A stretch of DNA of 64,000 nt. Source: a virus. The stretch lies in IMG/VR virus record IMGVR_UViG_3300023213_000527, one strand, 5' to 3'. The position numbers and the translations under genes were made by a program. Shown here piece by piece: positions 34,971-44,738 of the stretch. The notes beneath the pieces are model-generated. The model made no database searches, had not been told where the DNA came from, and was given only the letters and a program-made list of their open reading frames with translations. Each line of letters begins with the position of its first letter. Within the stretch, counting starts at the first letter, position 1.

Positions 34971-36485
34971 TCAAGCCATATCTTTACACTTAATTACTTT
35001 GAATCCGTTTTCTGCGGAATATGTTTTCAACCGTAGCTGTGAATGTCGTTTTAGAAACTTAGCCTGATCGTAAAAATCGACAATGGCAGCAAATTTTTTT
35101 CCCGGAAATGCCCTGATGACTCGACCAACTCTCTGAAGAGTTCTGATGCTACTTTTCCCGCCGCCACACAGAACAAGACCGTTCAAAATTGGTAAATCCA
35201 CCCCCAAATCAAAAATGGTGCTTGCAAAAATTGCCTTTATTTTTTTACTGAATAATAATTCTTTAACTTGAGTACGGCGCTCGAGCGTGTCATTCCCGTT
35301 TAACAATTCACAATTGATACCAGATTTCAGAGCCATTTCGTATAGTTTGTTTCCGTGATTGATATGTTTAAACAAAATCAATGGAGTATAGCCCTTATCA
35401 ATTAATTCTTGAGTTTGCGTGATAATAAGTTCATTCCTTGTATCGTTGTCGGTGATATAGTTTTTATATACATTTGAATATACGGTGCCAGCCCTACTCA
35501 TAGTGGGAACACTAATAAATTTTATGATTGGTTGAGCTAATAGTCCCTTTTCTATTAGTTCTGATGCACTTACATCAATAATTTGTTCGCCTAAAATGCC
35601 ATTGATCAATAAATCGGTGTTATCATCTCTGAAAGGAGTGCCGCTAAACCCATAAATTTTCTCTGGTTCAATGCACTTATATATTTGTGAAATTGTAGTT
35701 GTTGTGACGACATGGCTCTCGTCAAAAATATGAACCTTGGCTTCTTGTAACATTTTAATGATCTTTTCTGAATTATGCTGATCTACAGGTTCATCCGTTT
35801 CGTTCTCTGCTTCTTCCAAATCTGTCAGTACTTCTTTACGATCCACCTTGAGAGCACTTCCAATAGTCCATATACTGGCAATATTGATTCTTTCTACTTG
35901 ACAAATACCATTCCCAATAAATCCGATTGGTTCGTCAAATAGAGCAGAAAAAAGATCGTGAAACTGCTTGAGAAGATCAATCCCTATAACATATATAATG
36001 GTTGGCTTATTGAATTTAGCAGTTGCTAGTGCAGCGCATAATGTCTTACCAGAGCCGGTGCATGCTCGTATAATACCTCTATCATGTTTTTCCATCTCAT
36101 TTATTATTCTAACTTGATGGTCTCGAGGGACAAGTGCCATAGACTGTAGTTTGTCGTGCAGGTCAATTGCAGTATTGATAATGGAAATCTGTCTCGTATC
36201 TTGTTCAAGAAAATGGACGCTCAAATTCGCCAGATAGATTTTAACTTTTGGCAAAAGTCCAGACAGAAAAAATCCTTTCTTATTAAGAAGGTGAGTGAAA
36301 CCATTCCATCCATTTTTATACGCGGTAGTGTATTCAACACCAACTGCTCTAAATGATAAAAATTTATCTAGCGAAGCAAATATGCCCGTTTCGTTCGTAA
36401 TGAATTGACAATATTTATTTCCGATGATAATTTTGGTTTGATGATGTGAAACATCCACAGGAATATCTGATTTGCGCATTGACAT
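34971..36485 (-). CDS. uvsW: SF2 DNA helicase (UvsW-like)
   Basis: CTGSGKT, FDESH, SGTP, FDLGVDLP, QRVGRVIR. Confidence 0.82.
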   Translation of the reverse strand: MSMRKSDIPVDVSHHQTKIIIGNKYCQFITNETGIFASLDKFLSFRAVGVEYTTAYKNGWNGFTHLLNKKGFFLSGLLPKVKIYLANLSVHFLEQDTRQISIINTAIDLHDKLQSMALVPRDHQVRIINEMEKHDRGIIRACTGSGKTLCAALATAKFNKPTIIYVIGIDLLKQFHDLFSALFDEPIGFIGNGICQVERINIASIWTIGSALKVDRKEVLTDLEEAENETDEPVDQHNSEKIIKMLQEAKVHIFDESHVVTTTTISQIYKCIEPEKIYGFSGTPFRDDNTDLLINGILGEQIIDVSASELIEKGLLAQPIIKFISVPTMSRAGTVYSNVYKNYITDNDTRNELIITQTQELIDKGYTPLILFKHINHGNKLYEMALKSGINCELLNGNDTLERRTQVKELLFSKKIKAIFASTIFDLGVDLPILNGLVLCGGGKSSIRTLQRVGRVIRAFPGKKFAAIVDFYDQAKFLKRHSQLRLKTYSAENGFKVIKCKDMA

Positions 36486-36654
36486 TATCTTATATCCGGT
36501 CTTTTCTAAGATTTCTGAATTATTGAGCGTTTGATTTGATAGGTATTGAATTATTAATTAAATGTTAGTGACTCGAAATATTAGACTCATAGCCTCCGAG
36601 TTTCTGTTAATGTTTTAACAAAATCCATGTCCAATTTTCGAGCCACTTACAAAT

Positions 36655-37485
36655 TTACTTCTTTAAAAATTCTTTTAGTAAATTTTGCAAAGCTTGAATC
36701 AAACCAGTCAAGAAATTAGCATTAGAGATGGGCAGCTCAGGTGATGGAGGCGGATTGTTAATTATTATGGGGTTTGTTACTGGATCCATAGAAATAGGAT
36801 CAAGAGGCGATGGTTTTATTGGTACTTCGGTATTTGTTGTGTCCCACAATGATAAATCTTTGGCAACGTCAGAATCTACTGGAATACCATTAGGAAGCGT
36901 AAGTTTGTGCCCACTAGTACCTCCACCGTCTTGCCAAAGAACGTAGTCTGTCCAAGGATGCGGAATGGTAGGAGGATTGGTATAGCTGGCTATCCATAGA
37001 GGATATTGAGCAAACTCTGGATTAGCAGAGAGCTGAAGTATTTGAGCAAAATTGGGATAAGTGTAAAGGATCATCCGCTTGCCAGAAAGACGTTCATATT
37101 CAGCGAGATAAGTTAAAGTCCATTGTTTGATGAAATTAGCATTGACATTCCATTTGGTAGCCCATTCTTGAGGAACGGGCCATTCGAGATCGCAAGCCAC
37201 TACAGAAACATCTCCTGCTGCGTCATAATGCAGTTTGGCTTGAACCTTAGGATCTCTGGTTGGATGAGCATCATCAGTAGGAAGAGGATAAATGAAATGA
37301 TAGGCAGCTACTTTTAAACCTGCCGCCCGAGCCTTGGCAACATTCTCATCGTATTTCGAGTCTTTGCCGTCATTCCCGGTAAAGCATTTAACAATAACAA
37401 ATTGGAATCCCTGTTGAACAAGCCAATGAAAATCGACTTCTCCTTGAACATCGCTCACATCACAGCCTTTTATAAAATTGTTCAT
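36655..37485 (-). CDS. GH25 muramidase (endolysin) with Pro-rich linker and amphipathic C-terminus
   Basis: GCDVSDVQG, AAYHF, CDLE, LYTY, LWIASY, VDSD. Confidence 0.88.
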   Translation of the reverse strand: MNNFIKGCDVSDVQGEVDFHWLVQQGFQFVIVKCFTGNDGKDSKYDENVAKARAAGLKVAAYHFIYPLPTDDAHPTRDPKVQAKLHYDAAGDVSVVACDLEWPVPQEWATKWNVNANFIKQWTLTYLAEYERLSGKRMILYTYPNFAQILQLSANPEFAQYPLWIASYTNPPTIPHPWTDYVLWQDGGGTSGHKLTLPNGIPVDSDVAKDLSLWDTTNTEVPIKPSPLDPISMDPVTNPIIINNPPPSPELPISNANFLTGLIQALQNLLKEFLKK

Positions 37486-37488
37486 ATT

Positions 37489-37827
37489 TTATCCTTCAGT
37501 CAAAAATGTCCGCATTGCCCAATCAAATAATACATCTAAATCTTTAATAGATCCTTTAGGTTCCTCACACCGCAAACTTACAAAAGGCGATTTACAGCTT
37601 TCCACAAAATCGGACAAATCTTTTCTAGTGGAAATTTTTTCTAGACCTTTAGCAATCTCTTCCGCAAGAACATCTGGCGCCCCCAAAATAGCTGTTATCT
37701 GATCCCAGTTGTCTAAAAATTTAGCTTTAACAATATCTTGTTCTTGATCATAGACAAATATTCCAATGGGCACACAATCGCCAGTGAAAAGATTGCAAAG
37801 ACGAGCAACTATGTAATAAGTTACCAT
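37489..37827 (-). CDS. Hypothetical protein (weak DUF3037-like pattern)
   Basis: YYIVARLCNLFTGDCVPIGIFV; resemblance judged by eye only. Confidence 0.5.
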   Translation of the reverse strand: MVTYYIVARLCNLFTGDCVPIGIFVYDQEQDIVKAKFLDNWDQITAILGAPDVLAEEIAKGLEKISTRKDLSDFVESCKSPFVSLRCEEPKGSIKDLDVLFDWAMRTFLTEG

Positions 37828-38165
37828 TATATAAACACCAGATAGTCCATTACTTGATCATGGTATTTTGGATACTCAGGAACATATTTTAAGTGTAGCT
37901 CAGTTTGCAATTTAATATCTGGAGATAACCATTTATTTTCTATATATTGCATCAGTAAAATTAGATTGCCAGCCACATTGAGGTTTCTTCGAGAATAAAT
38001 ACCGATCAGGACGATGGCGGCGGTGTCGGAGGCGGCGCCGGCATCCATGGATACGGCAGCGACGCCAGCTTCAGTAAAATCATCATCCATAATAGTAATT
38101 TCCCATCGATACTGATCTGTTTTTGGATCATGATCCAGATATTTCCATTCACAGGATCGAAACAT
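37827..38165 (-). CDS. Hypothetical protein, paralogue B of 7367..7705
   Basis: Collinear, gap-free DNA and protein similarity to 7367..7705. Confidence 0.75.
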   Translation of the reverse strand: MFRSCEWKYLDHDPKTDQYRWEITIMDDDFTEAGVAAVSMDAGAASDTAAIVLIGIYSRRNLNVAGNLILLMQYIENKWLSPDIKLQTELHLKYVPEYPKYHDQVMDYLVFI

Positions 38166-39279
38166 TTTTCAATTTTTCTTTTTCAACCTCTTGTTTTTTT
38201 GCTTCTTTGACTAATTTTTCGAATTGACCTTCCCATATTGTGATTAAGTTGTAACCTGCCGCTCTGATTAAATTTTCACGTTCAATAGTTCGTGCATAGA
38301 GTTCGCCAAAGGTTGCACCTGCAATTTCATTCATGTCATTAGGGTTAAACTTTAATGGGTTCCCATGCCAATAATCTCCGTGAAATTCATAAACAGTATT
38401 GGTTTTGGGATCGTAGCCATCTACTCGTTTCCTTCCCAGTCCTGGCAACGAAATATTACGCCTATTAAGAGCAATGCCTAAACTATCTAACCATTTAATT
38501 TCTGGCGAAGAGATGATATGGATACACTTGGGACACCCTTGTCCATTAAGGTGTGAAGCAGGGGTTTGTTGAAATTCGCCGTGGTCTGGACATATAATTG
38601 TTGTTTTAGTTTTGCCATTTACATAAATAGCAAGACTATAATCGTAGAAACCATCGTGAATCAAATCAGCCTGGGCAATGAAATGTTTTATTCCCCTGTT
38701 ATGATTGGGCGCACATGTCGGGCAACCTTGCCCAGCGAGATGGCTGTTTGGTGCTTGCTCGAATTGTCCATGTTCTGGGCATACAATAATCACCTTGGTG
38801 TAGTTATTTACGTAGCGAGCTAACAAATAATTATATTTGTTATTATGTATGATGGCGGCACGCTCACTAAAAAGCGAAATGGAACTCTTCTTTACATCTT
38901 TGCCACATTCATTACATCCATGTCCTTGCAGATGATGCTCGGGAGTTTGCCAAAACGAACCATGAAATGAACAAACGATCTCTACTTTTTGAACACTCGA
39001 AATATATTTTGTGCACGAGTAATTGTATTGATTACCATGAACACCTGTTGCTCGTTCGACGAACTCTTCTGTTGTTGATCTAACACTACCACCACACTTT
39101 GCACAACCTTTACCCATTAAATGACTGTTTGGGATTTGCTCAAAAATACCATGGATAGGACATATAATTTTCACCTTAATGTTATTTTTGATATAATGCA
39201 CCAAACGGTAATCATATCGATTTACATGAATGATTTTAGCCTTGGATGTAAATTCAGTTGTATTGGATGGGCGTGGCAC
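38149..39279 (-). CDS. Putative homing endonuclease: four C-P-x-HG...H..G.GC..C repeats plus C-terminal PD-(D/E)xK/Vsr-like domain
   Basis: ICPIHG..GCAKC repeated four times; RVDGYD..TNTVYEFHGDYWHG. Confidence 0.8.
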   Translation of the reverse strand: MPRPSNTTEFTSKAKIIHVNRYDYRLVHYIKNNIKVKIICPIHGIFEQIPNSHLMGKGCAKCGGSVRSTTEEFVERATGVHGNQYNYSCTKYISSVQKVEIVCSFHGSFWQTPEHHLQGHGCNECGKDVKKSSISLFSERAAIIHNNKYNYLLARYVNNYTKVIIVCPEHGQFEQAPNSHLAGQGCPTCAPNHNRGIKHFIAQADLIHDGFYDYSLAIYVNGKTKTTIICPDHGEFQQTPASHLNGQGCPKCIHIISSPEIKWLDSLGIALNRRNISLPGLGRKRVDGYDPKTNTVYEFHGDYWHGNPLKFNPNDMNEIAGATFGELYARTIERENLIRAAGYNLITIWEGQFEKLVKEAKKQEVEKEKLKNVSIL

Positions 39280-39283
39280 CTGA

Positions 39284-40648
39284 TTATTTTCTCCGATCTT
39301 GTGTTCCGCCCATTAATTTGCCGAAAGCACTATTCTTTTTTGCCACCAGCTCTTTAATTTTCTGAGCTTGGGAAACGGTTTCATTGGTTCCTGTATTCAA
39401 TTCAAGGGTCATTTTTCTGGTATCATCCTTGTTCTTGGTGTGGGCTTGCAATTCTGCCGCCTCTTTTCGGAGTTGTTCTGCTCTAGATACTGGCAAACCT
39501 AATCCGTTGAAGAAACTATATACCTTGACTACGTTCTCTGGCGTATCTATCACGTATAAACCTCTAAATACTTGAGATCTGCCACATAAATCTCCCACCA
39601 TCGAAGCCGCATATTCAATACTGGCACTAGTGATCTGCGACCAAACTTGTTTGTTGGCAACTACCATGAACCCTGCATGTTTGGTTTGTTTGAGATCAAA
39701 GCCTCCCGCCAAAAGGTTATCGGAAAGATTAGAAATAACACTCTCCGCAATGGCGGTATCTTCAGCGTAGTTCTCTATTGTTAATTCTCCGTAAATAGAA
39801 AACCCATCGGAGTCAATGAGAAGTTTAGTCATCTCTGCACTGTCAAGCGGTTTCATAGGGGATGGCGCACTTGATAATGTATTGAAAGTGTCAAGAACAT
39901 TGATGATTGCTTTGTTTGCAATTCCATAAAAATCTATTTGACTAACATTACGATAGATGGTCTCAATCTTAGCATTGTCGGCAACGATCAAGTTAGAAAT
40001 AACCTTCTTCTGCGCTAACTTTAATAGGTTGGACAATGTTTCGAGTGCGTTGGATTTTACTTTGGCATCTTCGCTATCCGCTGGTAGAATTGTAATGACA
40101 ACAATAGGCTTACCAATTGAAGCAAGTAACTCAATCAATACGCCGGCTGAACCCGCACCGCTACCGCCACCTAAACTGGTACATAAAACATTGACTTGTG
40201 ATGCGGCTAATTTTTCATTGATTAGTTGTAGAATGTCCCCACGATGAGCATTGGCAGCAGCCTCACCAATAGACAGTTCGCGGGCAGCCCCACCGATTGG
40301 AGCATGAGCATCGAGCAATAATTTGTTACTATCAGGAATATCAATAAACTTTAAATCCTGTAACGCGGTATTGATAGCGATAGCATCATAACCCAATTTG
40401 TAAAAGGATTCAGACAGGCGGCTGCCCCCATGCCCCGATCCAATAATTCCCAAATTTAAGCTTCTTTCCTTCTTTCCCACTATCTTCGCTGCCATTTTTT
40501 TCTCCTGTTGTCTAGCTTGGCTTTTGGCTTTCAAGGCTGCCAATTTTTCATCATCAACAATATCTTTTGGATTAATCTCTGTATCAGAAACATTATCAAT
40601 TACTTCCTCAGATTTAGTTTCGGTTTCAGTTTTAGATATTGCACCCAT
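39284..40648 (-). CDS. Tubulin/FtsZ-superfamily GTPase
   Basis: IIGSGHGGSR, AINTALQD, GGAA, SLGGGSGAGS signature, ILPA..E, ADN, ..N; acidic N-terminal extension and helical C-tail. Confidence 0.85.
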   Translation of the reverse strand: MGAISKTETETKSEEVIDNVSDTEINPKDIVDDEKLAALKAKSQARQQEKKMAAKIVGKKERSLNLGIIGSGHGGSRLSESFYKLGYDAIAINTALQDLKFIDIPDSNKLLLDAHAPIGGAARELSIGEAAANAHRGDILQLINEKLAASQVNVLCTSLGGGSGAGSAGVLIELLASIGKPIVVITILPADSEDAKVKSNALETLSNLLKLAQKKVISNLIVADNAKIETIYRNVSQIDFYGIANKAIINVLDTFNTLSSAPSPMKPLDSAEMTKLLIDSDGFSIYGELTIENYAEDTAIAESVISNLSDNLLAGGFDLKQTKHAGFMVVANKQVWSQITSASIEYAASMVGDLCGRSQVFRGLYVIDTPENVVKVYSFFNGLGLPVSRAEQLRKEAAELQAHTKNKDDTRKMTLELNTGTNETVSQAQKIKELVAKKNSAFGKLMGGTQDRRK

Positions 40649-40671
40649 TTGTATCCTCACATTTTAATATA

Positions 40672-41640
40672 TCACGTAGATTTGCCAACGCTCAACATCC
40701 ATTTATTTTTCAGATACCATTCGACACATTGAACAATACCATCCGGAAATTTAATTCTAGGATTCCATCCTAATTTTCTAATTTTGGAAGTATCAATAGA
40801 ATATCTGAAATCATGCCCCGGACGCTCCGCAACAAAGGACAGTAGTTCATATCCTTTACCAATAACATTACAAATTTTCTGAACTACTTCAATATTGGTC
40901 ATTTCCTGATTGGCTGAGATGTTGTAGATTTCATTAGGTTCTGCTTTTTCCAAGAGGGTAAGAATAGCATCACAATTATCATAGACATGTGTCCAATCCC
41001 GAATTTGAAGTCCTTGTCCATAAACGGGTATCTTTTTTTCTTCTATAATACATTTGATTACTTTAGGAATAAGTTTATCAGGAGTTTGCCGAGGGCCGTA
41101 ATTATTGGAACTTCGAGTAATATTATAAATAAGTCCATGAGACTGATGTGCAGCTTTAACCAATAATTCACCTGCTGCTTTACTAGCGCTATATGGATTA
41201 CGAGGATTAATAGAATCACTTTCTTTCCATGGAGGATCATTTTCGTTAGTGAGTTGTCCAAAAACCTCGTCACTCGAAATAAACATTAATTTTTCTACTT
41301 TATATTTTAAACAACAATTAATAATAACTTGTGTTCCCAAAACATTAGAAGTAATAAAACTATTTGGATCGTGCAATGAATTATCAACATGTGTTTCTGC
41401 AGCCCCATGAATAACAATATCGGGCATTTCAAATTGGAAAATTCTATCCATGATATGTTGATCCCGAATATCAGCAATATAAAAAGTATGTCCCTTGGTA
41501 TAATAGAGACTATTAGCATTACCACTCACTAGATCTACTCCAACAACGTCATAAGGAGCGTTTTTATAAGCTAAACTTCGGACAAAATTACTAAAAATAA
41601 AGCCGCAGTTCCCAGTTACAAGAAGTTTTTTTTTATTCAT
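40672..41640 (-). CDS. rmlB: dTDP-glucose 4,6-dehydratase-like NAD-dependent epimerase/dehydratase
   Basis: VTGNCGFI, HGAAETHVDNS, SSDEVFG, YSASK, SNNYGP, RPGHDFRY. Confidence 0.87.
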   Translation of the reverse strand: MNKKKLLVTGNCGFIFSNFVRSLAYKNAPYDVVGVDLVSGNANSLYYTKGHTFYIADIRDQHIMDRIFQFEMPDIVIHGAAETHVDNSLHDPNSFITSNVLGTQVIINCCLKYKVEKLMFISSDEVFGQLTNENDPPWKESDSINPRNPYSASKAAGELLVKAAHQSHGLIYNITRSSNNYGPRQTPDKLIPKVIKCIIEEKKIPVYGQGLQIRDWTHVYDNCDAILTLLEKAEPNEIYNISANQEMTNIEVVQKICNVIGKGYELLSFVAERPGHDFRYSIDTSKIRKLGWNPRIKFPDGIVQCVEWYLKNKWMLSVGKST

Positions 41641-41642
41641 GA

Positions 41643-42464
41643 CTAATAAAGGTTATATTTAGAATCTTCCAAATAAGAGTTACGATCCAATATATATCGC
41701 TTGCCCCATTTTTCTGTTAATCGAGACACGTTATGAGTTAAAAAGAGTTTATTAACTGGATTTTTCTTCAGAGTGGCACTTTCATCATGGAAAATATTGG
41801 TCTGCCCACAATAGACAATCTTTTTTTCCATGTTGTATTTAATAGAAAGACACAGATCCACATCATCGAAAGACCAACGAAAGCTTTCATCCATTCCTTT
41901 AATACCTGATTTGTTAGTGATGCAAGTATTTTTGAAATATTTTGCCTTAGTAAGAAGAACCGCACCGGTTACTACTTGAAACAATCGATTTTTTTCTGCA
42001 AAAGCATCAGTTTGTTCTCCACTTCGATAATGAATAGGCATTCGATGGGAATTGTTGAAAACCACTCCAGCATGTTGGATAATGTCAGTGCCAGTATAAA
42101 GTAGTCGAGCGCCCACCACTCCTATTGCTGAATTTGATTGTAATAAATTGAGCATATGCTTAATGGATTGGGTATCATTAAAGACAACGTCATTATTTAA
42201 AAAGACCACTAAATCATTATCTGCTGGAGATGCCTCACTGAAGAGTCGATTCATTCCTTCGGAGAAATTTTGGGTATTGTCTTTGTGAGGAACGACTTTT
42301 ACTTTATTGCCCCAATCAGATGCTATTTGGATAGTGTTGTCCTTGGAACCATTGTCTTTGATCAACCAAGTGTAATCCAGCCCTTCTAATGAGGGAATAA
42401 GAGATTGATGGAGACGGGATAATTTCTCCGCTCCTTCCCACGACAAAGTAAGGAGATAAATCAT
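41643..42464 (-). CDS. GT2 glycosyltransferase
   Basis: IKDNGSKD, NFSEGMN, FLNNDV, VVGARL, TGAVLL, FDDVDLCL. Confidence 0.85.
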   Translation of the reverse strand: MIYLLTLSWEGAEKLSRLHQSLIPSLEGLDYTWLIKDNGSKDNTIQIASDWGNKVKVVPHKDNTQNFSEGMNRLFSEASPADNDLVVFLNNDVVFNDTQSIKHMLNLLQSNSAIGVVGARLLYTGTDIIQHAGVVFNNSHRMPIHYRSGEQTDAFAEKNRLFQVVTGAVLLTKAKYFKNTCITNKSGIKGMDESFRWSFDDVDLCLSIKYNMEKKIVYCGQTNIFHDESATLKKNPVNKLFLTHNVSRLTEKWGKRYILDRNSYLEDSKYNLY

Positions 42465-42476
42465 TAATTCCCTTCG

Positions 42477-42510
42477 CACAAGCCCATGAGTTTAGTCATG
42501 GGTTATTTAC
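42477..42510 (+). mobile_element. Solo IS200/IS605-type right-end hairpin
   Basis: ACAAGCCCATGA-gttta-GTCATGGGTTATTTAC, matching the right end of element 3 (ACAAGCC...GACTTTAGTC...GGTAATTGAC). Confidence 0.6.
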
Positions 42511-43526
42511 AGTCCCACGCTTACGTTGGCTCCGACAAACACCGAACCCGAAGGGGCAATTTGCATAGATGGTCCTAAATAGATGTTATTGATTAATCCG
42601 CCAGTTGGGATGAGTTTGCCGATATTGAAATTAACGGGATTAACGATAACAGAGAATTCATTCTTGTTGGATTGATAGCCGGCACCTACTTGTAGAACGC
42701 TGATATCGGGATTTGGTTTTGATTTACCATAGCTCATTATTCCAATAGTTCCACCGACATTGAAGGATCCATTAACTGGTTCGAATTTGGAAAGATTAAT
42801 CCCGCCGCCAGTTGTAAAAAACAATCTTGGATTCCACCAACTCCATTTGGCTGATGGATATTCTTCTTTGGTTTCTGCAGAAGCAATTTTGACATCGTAA
42901 TTTTTATTATTGACTTTGATGCTAAATCGATTATAAACATAGGTTCGTTCATTTTCATCTTTGCCAAGAACATTAACTACATGATACTCGCGAGACGGAA
43001 TATCGAGACTCCAAGGATTTTGTTGCCAAGCACTAAATCCAACCTGTCCAATGGGCACCTTAGTTTGATCAAAATTTTCGGTCAATGTCAATACTTGTTC
43101 TTTTTTCTGAAAACCAAAGGGATCGGGACAAGGAACCTGTTTTCCGTTGCAATCCACTGTGCTTCCACCTGAATTAGGATTGCTAGATCCAGTTCCGGTG
43201 CTAGGAATGCCAGTTCCGTGTTGTCCGCTGCTAACTACAATGATGGCATTAACTGCATCTACTTGTGCATGCAATTTGTCCAAATCATCTTGCACTGCTT
43301 TGAGATTAACTCCATTGTCTTTGATAAATTTATCGATGTCGCCTTTGGTAGCATATTCATTTTGACTTCGGACAATATTATCAACTAGTTGTCTTTGCTG
43401 AATTACTTGTGTTTTGATTGAAGACTGACGACTTGAAATTTCGAATTGCTTATAGGCAATAAATCCGAGCAGCCCAATAACCAAGACAACTCCTATCCAA
43501 ATGAGAATTTTTGTAGATAATGACAT
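42507..43526 (-). CDS. Membrane-anchored protein: N-terminal TM, coiled region, beta-rich C-terminus
   Basis: KILIWIGVVLVIGLLGFIAY anchor; alternating Gly/hydrophobic strands ending VFVGANVSVGL. Confidence 0.65.
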   Translation of the reverse strand: MSLSTKILIWIGVVLVIGLLGFIAYKQFEISSRQSSIKTQVIQQRQLVDNIVRSQNEYATKGDIDKFIKDNGVNLKAVQDDLDKLHAQVDAVNAIIVVSSGQHGTGIPSTGTGSSNPNSGGSTVDCNGKQVPCPDPFGFQKKEQVLTLTENFDQTKVPIGQVGFSAWQQNPWSLDIPSREYHVVNVLGKDENERTYVYNRFSIKVNNKNYDVKIASAETKEEYPSAKWSWWNPRLFFTTGGGINLSKFEPVNGSFNVGGTIGIMSYGKSKPNPDISVLQVGAGYQSNKNEFSVIVNPVNFNIGKLIPTGGLINNIYLGPSMQIAPSGSVFVGANVSVGL

Positions 43527-43537
43527 GTGTTTCCTTT

Positions 43538-44377
43538 TTACTTTTGTAAATTTGGACACCAGTAAGTGCTTCGCTTATCTAGTGTTAGTTCTTTGATAAC
43601 TGGATTATTCTGCGGATCATATTCTCGACCATAAACTCTGAAATAATCGGCGAAGTCACCCCGCTTTCCATCAGGAGTTTGATATGTTGCGATGGTAGAG
43701 CCACCATAGCTATAACTCTCATGCATAACATTGTTAATATTCTGACACAAAAAAGATATTTCTGTCTCGGAAAGAGTATTACCAAGCCTCCATGGCGATA
43801 GACAGCTTCTGTGTAAAACTTCACATTTTAGGTAATTTCCCACACCTGAGAAATTCGATTGATCCATTAACAGCTGAGCTAGAGTTTTAGAGCTGTTCTT
43901 TATTGTTTTATAAATTTGTTTTTGATAGGTGTTTAATGGTTCGCTGAGCGGATCCCAACCCAAATTATTAAGTTTTTTCAATAACATTTGTTTATTCTTA
44001 ATAAATTTAACGGTGCCAAAATGTCGAGGATCATTAAAATATAAGGAACATTCAGCGGGATCAAACGGAAACTCACCAAAGCCCAATTCAATGCAAGTAT
44101 GCTTTTTTTCTTCAGGATACCATTGCCCGCTCATACCAAACGTAATAAACATATAATATTCGTTGCTGAATGTCCAATATTGAAATTTACCTTTACATTG
44201 GATATCGGTAACGCGAATGTTTTTGTGAGGCAATTTAGCAGCGAATTGAACGAACCCAAGAGGAAACTTGTGTTTGTATCGGCTGGTTTTACCGACAGAT
44301 GCGTTAATAACGCGCTCGTCTTTGGCAACGGAACGAACATATTCGGTTGCGACCAAAATTTCAGGCCCCTCTGGCAA
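43538..44377 (-). CDS. Fpg/Nei-family DNA glycosylase/AP lyase, zinc-less finger type
   Basis: MPEGPE, KGK, FGMSG, DPRHFG, H2TH MDQS..SGVGNYL; only one Cys in the terminal RSTYWCP. Confidence 0.88.
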   Translation of the reverse strand: MPEGPEILVATEYVRSVAKDERVINASVGKTSRYKHKFPLGFVQFAAKLPHKNIRVTDIQCKGKFQYWTFSNEYYMFITFGMSGQWYPEEKKHTCIELGFGEFPFDPAECSLYFNDPRHFGTVKFIKNKQMLLKKLNNLGWDPLSEPLNTYQKQIYKTIKNSSKTLAQLLMDQSNFSGVGNYLKCEVLHRSCLSPWRLGNTLSETEISFLCQNINNVMHESYSYGGSTIATYQTPDGKRGDFADYFRVYGREYDPQNNPVIKELTLDKRSTYWCPNLQK

Positions 44378-44380
44378 GAT

Positions 44381-44716
44381 TTACGTTCCTTTCTCGCTAT
44401 TGATTGATGTTAATTTAACAGTTTCAACACTCAAGGTCCATAATCTTGAACCACTATTGCAATCACAATTAGCTATCCAATATTCCATACCTAATTCCCC
44501 CGGATTATGGACTTCCCAATTCAGCCGACCAAAACAATCATCACAAGATGCATCCCGACACAAATTTGGTGATAACGAAGTGATCTTATTTTCTCTAACT
44601 GCCCTATTTTCATCTTTTGGTTTGGGAATATATTCAGTGGCTCTTCTGTTGGATTCTTCTCGCCATTTGAGCCATTTCTCTGCTTTTCTTCGTAATTCTT
44701 CCAACTTTTCTATCAT
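44381..44716 (-). CDS. Hypothetical Cys-containing protein
   Basis: CRDASCDDC...CDC. Confidence 0.6.
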   Translation of the reverse strand: MIEKLEELRRKAEKWLKWREESNRRATEYIPKPKDENRAVRENKITSLSPNLCRDASCDDCFGRLNWEVHNPGELGMEYWIANCDCNSGSRLWTLSVETVKLTSINSEKGT

Positions 44717-44738
44717 CGTTACAATCCTTTAAATAACA

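Noticed and set aside
36486-36654. Small ORFs or ncRNA in the gap between uvsW and the lysin
   Set aside because: Only 10-13 codon frames and no convincing structure.
7367-38165. The two paralogues as a direct DGR template/variable repeat pair
   Set aside because: Differences are not confined to adenines of either copy, both are intact ORFs, and no reverse transcriptase is in the window. Only the weaker diversification idea is kept.
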